NCBI GenBank assembly: GCA_951406725.2
Contig: OX597840.1
Span: 38,068,001-38,132,000, forward strand
Direction of reading: 5' to 3'
From: Octopus vulgaris
Lineage: Eukaryota
Length of the DNA: 64,000 bases
Shown: piece after piece, positions 54,225 through 64,000 of the stretch
Numbering within the stretch: the first letter of the stretch is position 1
Layout of the letters: every line of letters begins with the position of its first letter
Program-made: the position numbers and the translations under genes
The notes under the pieces: model-generated
Seen by the model: the letters and a program-made list of their open reading frames with translations, nothing else
What the model was told of the DNA's origin: nothing
The model's database searches: none

Positions 54225-55206
54225 AAATGGAACCACTAAATCACGGTATTCCAGCAATTTTGAGAGACGTAAAGCAATTGTAACTACTGGCGATATCAGC
54301 GATACGTTTGGTGTGGAAAACCAGTGAGTGGTCAACTTGAAAATGGTTTAAGCGATTTCGCAGTGGTGACCCGTGCTTTGAATATCGTGAGCTTAGTAGA
54401 CGCCCATTTATCATTGATGACGATCAGATAGTCAAAAAGCTCGATACATGGATACCACATGATTTGAAAGACAATCAGAAAATACGCAGGAAAGAAACTT
54501 GTTTGTAACTAGACTGATCCATTTCTCGACTGTATCGTAACTTGCGACGAAAAGTGCATTCTTTACAATAATAAAAACTGTTCCCCGCAGCAGTTGGGCC
54601 AAAAGGAAGCACGGAAAACCTTCCATAAATCCGAGATCTTCAACAACAAGCTTATTGTGATTGTTTGGTGTTATGCTCCTGGACTCATGCATTATAACTT
54701 CTTAAAATATAGAAAAACCATTTCTGCAGAAACACATTGCCATGAAATTACCAAAATGAACGAAAATCTTCTACTCCTCCGTCTCAGAGTGGCCAACAGA
54801 AGAGGTGAATTTCCCAACCGCATGTTTCCGGATTCAGTCCACCTGCATGGCACCTTGGGCAATTGTCTTCTACTATAGACTGTGGGCGTCTAAAGATTTA
54901 TGAGTGAATCTGGTAGACGAAAACTGAAAGAAGCCCGTTGTATATATACGTATATGCTCGAATATACGTTTCACTAATGACGTTCCAGTAGTAGTAGGAA
55001 CTTGGCTACGAAGTCCTTCCCCATCCTGCTTATTCCCCAGTCCTTTCTCCTACCGACGACCACTTTTTCAAGCAACCTGAAGAAGCTCAAAAATGAAACC
55101 GTTGCTGAAAGTGTGTTCAAAGAAATCATCAGCTCCTGAAATCCAGATATGTGTAACTCGTTGGGAAAAATGCTTTGATTGTAACGGTAATTACCTTGAT
55201 GAATAA
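54225..55206 (+). pseudogene. Mariner (DD34D-type) transposase pseudogene, interrupted by SINE C at 54810-54945
   Basis: WFKRFRSGD..RRPFIIDDD, DPFLDCIVTCDEKCILYNN, KLIVIVWC..GLMHYNFLK..TISAETHC..ANRRG, ELGYEVLPHPAYSPVLSPTDDHFFK (YSPDLAPxD motif) and RWEKCFDCNGNYLDE*. Confidence 0.92.
54810..54945 (+). mobile_element. SINE family C 5' fragment nested in the mariner pseudogene
   Basis: CCAACCGCATGTTTCCGGATTCAGTCC..GGTAGACGAAAACTGAAAGAAGCCCG. Confidence 0.85.
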
Positions 55207-55235
55207 AATTTCCGCATTGTGAAATATCTTGTGAT

Positions 55236-55356
55236 GAGTATTTTGCCGAACCGCTAAGTTACGGGGACATAAACACACCAACATCTTTTGACAAGTGATG
55301 ATAGCGGTACAAACACAGATAGACACACATAAACACACACACACACACGCACACAA

Positions 55357-55444
<88 letters not shown>

Positions 55445-55745
55445 AAAGTTTACGAAAATAAACAAAAGACGAAGGCAGGTGGAGTACAAACAAACCGATG
55501 TATTAGTATAGCGTTCAGGAATAGAAAGAGTCTTTTACGTTTCGAGACTACGCTCTTCGACATAAATATATATACTACACGATAGGATCCATTCGGTTTT
55601 CGTCAACCAAGTCATGTCATTAGTGCTTTGGTCTGCCCGAGGCTATAGTAGAAGACCTTTGCCCAATGTGCCACATAGTAGGACTGAACTCGGAACCATG
55701 TGGTTGGGAAGCAAGTTTCTTCCCACACAGCCACACCTGCGCCTA
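55236..55745 (-). mobile_element. SINE family C with a PLE-like fragment inserted in its internal (TA)n
   Basis: The 3' half is at 55236-55365 and the 5' half at 55590-55745, separated by expanded (TA)n and 55441-55566. Confidence 0.85.
55441..55566 (-). mobile_element. Penelope-like terminal fragment with degenerate hammerhead (55533-55566)
   Basis: Closely similar to 35628-35754. Minus strand: UUU-AUGUCGA-A-GAG(cguagu)CUC-GAAA-CG-UA-AAA. Confidence 0.7.
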
Positions 55746-56496
55746 TCTATATTTGTGTACGTGTATACTTGCATCTATCTCTATGTGAATCTATCTATTA
55801 GTCTATCTTAGTCTATCTATTTATCCATATTTATATATATACATGCCAACATTGCGTCCATGGACGTTTCTCCTATACACACCAAATACGCTTTCTCTAT
55901 AAAGTATCACACTTTACGGTGAAAAATCTTGATATCTGGAAGCACCTGTCAGTCTTTCGCATTCCGCTGACCAATCCAACTTTCATAACATTCCCAGCAA
56001 TTCTAATACCTCCAAGATAATGTATACAGCCATTAACAACCAAATACTCCATAACATAGAAACACTTCCTCCTTAGCTGTAGTGAAACACAATAACTAAA
56101 GACGGTTTTTGCAAAGGAAAACCCTCTGGAAATCTGTTTCTTTATATCTACTACCACTAGGTTGTTACGTTAGAGAAATTTTGTGAAAGCGAAGTTGTTT
56201 CCCTAGACATTACTCCAAGAACCTCGGTCTGTTAATTAAAAAGAAAAAAAAAAAAAGATAGACATTCACTTGGTAGCGTAGCTGAGTCGCCTAGAAATAA
56301 CAACCAAATCTTCATTCAGCCACATCGTTAATCTCTTAAAAACTGGATGTTTTGTTAACGTAGCGCTCTATATATCATGCTGAAAGCAAACGATTGAAAG
56401 GAATAGGCACATGCCTGGAAAGCTTTTGTTTAATGAAGGCTGACATGTGTCCCAACCAACTGCAAGAACATGCCTACTCTCTCCCCTGCGCCTCTA

Positions 56497-56542
<46 letters not shown>

Positions 56543-56543
56543 G

Positions 56544-56587
<44 letters not shown>

Positions 56588-56714
56588 ATGGGTGAATGAA
56601 TTATCCTATGTTTACCGTTAACATGGAAAATTCATTGACCGTTACCAGAGTAGCAAATTCACGTCATAAACACGGTTGAAGCGACCTATGCAATGTGTTA
56701 ATGTGCAGTAATAT

Positions 56715-56762
<48 letters not shown>

Positions 56763-57117
56763 AAAGTAATACATTTACATTGCAATATTTAATTTTTCAT
56801 TGTAAACCATTTTCACTGTTCTCAGTTTTTTTAACGGCTAAGCGTTCAAGCGAATATACTGGCATTGGTCTAACAACGTTCGGAATATTGTCCAGGTAAA
56901 TCTACCTGAATAAGTCTAATCAAATTTTACGATAACAAAGGTATTTGAAGAGTCCGAAACCTAGGTGCTGGATAATCCGACTCTGGGTTGTCCATTTATC
57001 AAATGTTCTTCCTAGAGATAAGATGAAATTTTTTTATGTTCGCTACCCTCACACGTCTTAGCTAGTATATATACAGTGAAGCTTTACTATAGCGTTGTAA
57101 ATTTATCGACTACTATT

Positions 57118-57150
<33 letters not shown>

Positions 57151-57299
57151 GTGTGCGTGTGCGTGTGCGTGTGTGTGCGTGTCCATATGTCATAAGAAAC
57201 TTAAATAAGTGACAATTGTCTGAGACTGCAACCCAGCATTAAAGGCATACATAGATGTATTTTTGTGTATGTTTGCCTGTGTGCAAGTGTGTGTCTATA

Positions 57300-57330
<31 letters not shown>

Positions 57331-57589
57331 GTTAGTTAGTTAGTTAGTTAATTTTGCTCAAAAGCAAATAGCAAGGCCATGTAGGGGGACATGGAGTTAA
57401 GTACAGGGTGGTGTTCATGTAAAGAGTTCAGGCCACTTGAGGTCAAGGGAGGCTTTGAACAAAGCGGTCGTCGGCATCTTCACCATCTCGTCTGGCAGCT
57501 TGTTCCACGGATCCGCAACCCGGACGGAGGAAGCTCCTCTCCTTCGATTGAGATGAAATCGTCGCAGGTAGAGCTTTTCGGAATGACAT
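57331..57589 (-). mobile_element. CR1-group LINE 3' end (ORF2 C-terminus, 3' UTR, (AACT)n tail) within (TA)n
   Basis: HSEKLYLRRFHLNRRRGASSVRVADPWNKLPDEMVKMPTTALFKASLD matches the CR1 GHxxKL..RxxFFSxRVVxxWNxLP..FKxxLD terminus, followed by a short tandem-repeat tail. Confidence 0.88.
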
Positions 57590-59257
57590 AAATATATATA
57601 TATATAGCAAACGAGAATAGCTATGGTCAGGTGCTGTGAACCCACCATCTTCAATATCTAGATAATGAATTCACATTTATACCGTTGAAAATTGTTGAAT
57701 ATCATTTTATGCGTGTCTGTGCTGAAATGGCAATCTGGTAAAATTAGGTCTTTTGATGAAAAAAAAAAAAAGGCATCATGCAATTAACTCGCTCATCATA
57801 TATCAATTGTCTTATCGCAACAGGATACGCAGAGTTTTTCTCATGTTCAAAATTTGAATTTATTTTTTCATGTCTACATTATAACAATGACAGCATCTTT
57901 CTCAGAGACCAGGTTGTTCCTTAGAGATATAATTGAAACAAGTAACAACAGAAGAGAAGGTACATACATACATACATACATACAGACATACATACATACA
58001 TACATACATACAGACAGACACATACATACATACAAGTTTGAGAACATGCCTGACTGTTTGGGCAAGTTTATATTTTCAGAATATAAAATCAATCAACTTT
58101 TTTTTTATTTCATCAGACATACAATCTGTAAATGGAACAATAAAATATGCTAAACTTAGTTCAAGTTTAAAATGTGACATCGTTTTTCCCTATCTACATT
58201 CAAATGATAGAGTTTGGCATCTTAGTTAGAAAGATGCTTCGTCCTTAGAGCAAGAAACTAAATGGTTAAAAGCAGTAATGAACATAGAAAAAAAACTAGA
58301 AACTTGGCAGACATATAAATATACCTGAAAACATAAAACATTCCAGGAAAAAATAATAGAAAACACAAGTACCCCTCATCAGACCCGAGTGCTACCCCTA
58401 GCTAGCGGATGACAGTTCAACGTAAACATCCTGGGAGTAAAACCTTCAGAAATTTACTGCAGATCCGTGATTACACGCTTAACTTTCTCTGATCGATATT
58501 ACTCTAATTAGTCAGATTTTGTTTTTGATTTTTTAACTAATAGCTGCTAATTGTTAACGTATTTCGAAGTTGCTTGATTGTCTGAACACAATCCTCCTCC
58601 CTCCCTCCATCTCTCTTTCCTTCTCTTCTTTCCTCCACTTCCTCTTCTTCCTCTGCTTTCTCCTTCTCTTCCATCACTAAAGGCAAGTGCTGAAGTATTT
58701 CTTTTAATCGGTACATATTTCCAATGTGCTTCTTCCGATTTCATTAATATCGGCCCATACATATTGTCAAATAATAGCCGATGCAATTAGGGACTATTGT
58801 TCATTATAGAACGTCAGTGCCAGCGGATGGCGGCGACGGCGGCGATGCTGGTGGTGGTGGTAGTGGTTTTGTTGGTGGTGGCGAGGTGTATTGTAAAAGT
58901 AATGGAGGTGAGCTGTCGATAAAATACAGTATATGTGGTAGTAGTATTGTTGTTGCTTTTTTTTCCGGTGGAAGCGGCGGTGGCGGCGGTTGTGTGACGC
59001 GGTGTATTGGCGTTGTTCGAGTGGTGGTCGTGTGAGGAAGGTGTTATAGAGATGTGGAGGTTCGGCGTCGGCGGGATGGAGGGTGGGGGGTGTTGGCTGC
59101 TAAACATGGAAGTCGTTTTATTCATGTTTCTTTCGCAAAATTTTCTACATTTTCTTTCATTTCTGTTTTTAGAAAAAATAAAATTTTTGTGAAGTCACTG
59201 AAGTTCCTGCATTATCATCATCATCATCATCATCATCATCATTATTATTAATATTAA

Positions 59258-59303
<46 letters not shown>

Positions 59304-59359
59304 GTTATTACTATTATTATTATTATTGTTATTATTATTATTATTATTATTGTTATTAC

Positions 59360-59402
<43 letters not shown>

Positions 59403-59689
59403 GTTATTACTATTATTATTGTTATTATTATTATTATTATTAACGCCATCCTCACCATCATTACAATCAGCACCATTTCTATTATTGTCGTTGTTGTTGC
59501 TACTGCTGCTGTTGTTGCTGTTCTCCTTCTTCTTCTTCTTCTTCTTCTTCTTCTTCTTCTTCTTCTCCTCCTTCTCCTTCTCATTATTATTACCATTATT
59601 ATTATTATTATGATTAATATTATGATTAATATTATCATTATTATTATCATTATTATTTTTTTAATTATTGTTATTATTGTTATCATTAC

Positions 59690-59720
<31 letters not shown>

Positions 59721-59728
59721 ATTATTCA

Positions 59729-59761
<33 letters not shown>

Positions 59762-60109
59762 CATTATTATCATTATTATTATCATTATTATTGTTATTAT
59801 TATCATTATCATTGTTATTATTATTACTATTGTTGTAACTAATATTATTAGGAATATTTATTGTCGCTGCTGTTATTTTTGCTGCTGTTGCTGCTGTTGT
59901 TCTTGTTGTTCTTGTTGGTGGCGGTGGTGGTCGTGGTGTGGTTGGCAGCGGCGGTGGCGGTGTTGATTAGTAAAATAATGCATCCATTGATTGTATTTTA
60001 GAGCTCGTGGCGTTATTTTTAATCGAGTGTTCGTTTATAAAAGAACCGAGTGTTGTGTGCAATTACAACGCTTAGGTATTTTTTTTTTGTGGCTCATTTG
60101 AAACCGGTG

Positions 60110-60572
60110 TCGATGATGATGATGATGACGGTGATGGTGGTGGTGGTGGTGGTAGCGGTGATGGTGGTGGTGGTGGTGGTAGCGGTGGTGGTGGTGGTGG
60201 TGGTAGCGGTGGTGGTGGTGGTGGTGGTAGCGGTGATGGTGGTGGTGGTGGTGGTAGCGGTGGTGGTGGTGGTGGTGGTAATGATGAATGTTCAATTATG
60301 AAGAACTTAGTTATATGCAATTACGGCTGCTGTGTATAATTTTATTGCATTTTATTATATTTTTAGTAATCAGAGCTGACTAACGTGTTGCGTATTCGCT
60401 GTACGAATAATATTGTTGATGATGAGGACGGCGTTAATGATGAGGAGGATGAGGATGGTGATGATGATGATGGTGGCTATCATGAGGTGGATTTGACAAT
60501 GATATTAACGATGCTGCTGTTGATATTGATGTTTATATTCATATTGCTGTTGTTGTTCTTGACGACGACGGC

Positions 60573-60605
<33 letters not shown>

Positions 60606-60890
60606 GATTGTGGTGGTGATGATGATGATGATGATGATGATGGTGGTGGTGATAGTAGTGGTGGTAGTGATGGTGGTGATGATGATGATGATGATAATGA
60701 CGATAATGATGATGGTGGTGATGGGGTGGTGATGATGATGATGATGATGGCGGTGGTGGTGATGATGATGATGATTACCACGATGCTGATGATGATAGAT
60801 GACGATGACAATGCTCTTGATAATGCAAATAGTACTCCTAATGATGATCATGATCATGATCACGATGATATTTTTGATGAGGCGGCTGAT
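60110..60890. repeat. (GTG/GAT)n low-complexity arrays, including a ~21-24 bp higher-order unit (GGT)n-AGC
   Basis: Direct inspection. Source of the poly-H/P/V ORFs. Confidence 0.9.
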
Positions 60891-60929
60891 AGTTTTGAGG
60901 ACTAGTTTTCCTCATCCAAAATGACTGAG

Positions 60930-61075
60930 TTATATCTTTTATTGTAAACGTTTGTAAATACGACGGCAACTCTTATGTTCTTTGTTGAAACATCGAGACA
61001 AATAGAATAAGTACTAGGTTTACAAAAAATAAGTCCTGGAGTCGATTTCTTCGACTGAAAAGCGGTTCTCCAGAA
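60930..61075 (+). mobile_element. SINE family C 3' fragment
   Basis: ATAGAATAAGTACTAGGTTTACAAAAAATAAGTCCTGGAGTCGATTTCTTCGACT..GCGGTTCTCCAG. Confidence 0.75.
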
Positions 61076-61312
61076 AATGTGTTTGGGAAGCAAGCTTCCT
61101 TATTGCCCAGTCATTCAGATGAAGGAAACATTGGCATATCTCACAAATTGCAAGTTTCGTTGAGTGAGTCTTTTCCGAAAATTCTCGAAAACAGACGGAT
61201 CGAAATCAGACAAGCATGGATATTTAGACCTTCAAGATAAATAACATAGAAACATTGGACACTTTTGGTGAAACGATTTAAAGAAAACAGACTGGAAGTG
61301 TAAAGTATAGAA

Positions 61313-61470
61313 GCCATCTTATCATGGCTAACCACATTGGGGAGGGGGTGTTACCGTAGCTTTATAGCCCCAAGAGATCTTCGTCTCAAGCTGGCTTTAG
61401 ACACAATATCTGTGTCCTTGGAGTATTTGCAAAGGGAGGCCATCCCTTCCTCGCAAGCCTGAGTGATACG
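61313..61470 (+). repeat. Unclassified interspersed repeat (family D), copy 2
   Basis: Aligns with the reverse complement of 33935-34101. Confidence 0.75.
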
Positions 61471-62598
61471 CTCGAACAAATTTCGGGATTGTTGTCCCTC
61501 GTCAACGGGCGGTAACCACCAGGTAGCGATGAAAGAGAAGGCTCCTTTGCAAATAGATATAAGTTTTTCTAATGGCGTCTGTCACTGAGGTCGAAAAACG
61601 AACAGTAAGCATAATTAAATCTCAGAATGAGAAGTGTTATATTATTATCCATCTTTTTGAATAACGTGATGTCTACATACCCTGCCATTCCCAAAGAAGA
61701 ATTGACATTTTTACATCATCATTTTCCAGAAGTTATGGCTACATTTAAAGAGCATTCTACGAATATCGGTGACTTGAGAAATGCTTGGAAGCAAGATGGC
61801 TTACTCAACTTTCAGAGTTCCCTATAACAGCGATGTAATAGCCATTAACCGTGAAATCTCGAGGCAGAATTATCCACCTACACGTGTTAAAACGTGTTTT
61901 CGGCCAGGAATAATGTGACAGGAGCTTTATACGCATGCGTATCTGCGACAACCATCTACGTCAGCAATAAAATCTAAATCCGCTTAATGTATTATCATGT
62001 CCGAACACCTTTAGACGTGTTAAATATGATTTTAAATCAAATACTTTATTCTAGCTCGAAGACGTTGTTCGTACACCATCTATTATTCTGTGCGCTCGTT
62101 GATAAAACTGATTTTGCTCTTAGTGGGTTGTGAGAGAAAAGCTTGGTTTTCGTAGCCGCTCAAGAAAAATAAATTCGACAAAAATGTGTTCTGGATGAAA
62201 TGACATCATCCAGAAATCAAAACAATGCGTTCCAACAAAGACAAATGTGCTTTAAAAACGTGACAGGAATAAATACTTAAAAGGTGCCTCGAAATCGGGC
62301 ATCGAGAGTTTCGTGCGTTGGCAATGATCGAACAGTTCAGGTTTGCATGAAAAGAATACTACATCCAGGTTTGTACGCCCCCAACGGAGCCCGTCTCCTT
62401 CAGGCTCTGGAATGGGGTTCCAGCGCAATTCCAATGTAATATGATATAATGTACATAAGCAAACTATTTATCTTCAGAAATTATATACAGTAATATATAT
62501 ATGTGCGTGTATGCGTGTATGTGTGTGTGTGTGTGTGTGTTATAATTTAGAAGAAACAGTAAGTTGTCATTATAGTGCTCGGATTTCATATATATATG

Positions 62599-62631
<33 letters not shown>

Positions 62632-62664
62632 GTACATAGATGCAAATACGTGTACATAATACGA

Positions 62665-62698
<34 letters not shown>

Positions 62699-63125
62699 TA
62701 TGTATATATATATATGTATAAATATATATATATATATATATATATAATTATGTATATATACACATATACAAACAAGTACATACACAGAATTGAACCCACC
62801 CACACACAGATTAAATTTACATCATACATATTTATGATAGCTATACCATAAATGTAAGACAAGATTCTATGAATTAGAAACCAATGCTTTCCATAACAGA
62901 TTTCCTGAATTCTCTCTCTAAAAATAACATAATCAAATAAATTTCTGTATAAAATTTCCAACTTCAGCGGATATTCAAATAGCACGTTCCGAAATCAGAT
63001 TCTTCAAATTTGGTTTTCTAAGATTTCTATTTTGCATTTTGTTTTACCCCTGTACTTTCGTTATTCTATGAATTTTCAGGCGTTAGCAGGGAATCGTCGA
63101 TGAATAAATCTATACCTATATATCA

Positions 63126-63196
<71 letters not shown>

Positions 63197-63276
63197 CCAT
63201 CGCTATATCTCTCTCTCAATTTCTGTCTGTCTATCTATCTATCTATCTATCTACCTACCTACCTACCTACCTATCA

Positions 63277-63322
<46 letters not shown>

Positions 63323-64000
63323 ATTATATATTCATACACACATATACCTCCTTATGTAAATGTATATGTATGTATTTATATATGTATATCTGTATATTTA
63401 TACGTACCCGTGCTTACACTTGCACTCGTGTTGTGTATATGTATGTGTTTTCCGTATATTTGGCCATATATTTATTCCAAGAAAATCAAGTTGGGAATCA
63501 CTGTAAGAGTGGGCCATTCTTCACTCTACGATTCTTGTAATCGATTCTTTTTGGAAGATACGTCGTATTCATCTCTCTGTATCTGAACATATGTCATATG
63601 GCCGTCTATCTCTGTATCGGTTTTATACGCGCATGTGTATACTCCTCTGTGATAATTTGAAGATATCTGCATGATTCAAAGTCTTCAATGACAAAGTGCG
63701 GTAAAGGTTAGAACAGATTTGCAGCCCCATTGTTTGACTACCACTAGCAAGAGGAGGACTTGATAAATGTTAAACTACGAAATCGGGTGATACTGCAAAC
63801 TGCATTTAAAGTATGGCCTCCAGTTACCTTTATTACTTCTACAGATCTGCTGGATCTAAGTGTTTGCCTAGATATCTTCTGCAATATATAGTCACAACAA
63901 ATACCTAGGTACATACATATATTTGCTATCTGCGGTCGGCTTCCTATATTTCGCCACAAGGCCCGCAGTTCCGTGCCAGTTGGTAGTCGATTACATCGAT

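Noticed and set aside
56940-56975. TTGAAGAGTCCGAAACCTAGG as a hammerhead
   Set aside because: Stem II cannot form and there is no valid cleavage triplet or stem I.
58781-59125. Gly-rich GC-rich ORFs as an exon
   Set aside because: The sequence is degenerate (GGT/GGC)n low complexity contiguous with other trinucleotide arrays.
63700-63800. LPLARGGL peptide resembling a LINE reverse transcriptase C-terminal motif
   Set aside because: A single short motif with no supporting flanking homology that I can verify.

Overview
AT-rich, microsatellite-saturated animal genomic DNA, almost certainly intronic or intergenic. The repeat repertoire (tRNA-derived SINEs, (TA)n/(AAT)n seas) looks like Octopus/coleoid cephalopod DNA, which is an inference. 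No host protein-coding exon could be supported, and nearly all ORFs in the track are translated microsatellites or SINE text. The window holds about 25 copies of at least four tRNA-derived SINE families (labelled A, B, C and CORE/V-like here), two non-autonomous Helitrons, Tc1 and mariner transposase fossils, and a CR1-type LINE 3' end. The most interesting signal is a set of short elements, mostly embedded in (TA)n tracts, that carry minimal type-I hammerhead ribozyme (HHR) motifs of the Penelope-like element (PLE) kind. Several are fold-backs with 100-200 bp inverted arms plus a one-sided tail (16.5, 18.2 and 46.7 kb), and in one the inverted arm stops at the ribozyme cleavage triplet. One element joins a Pol III tRNA head to a hammerhead (46243-46589). 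SINE family B also forms head-to-tail multimers with the same junction at three separate loci.
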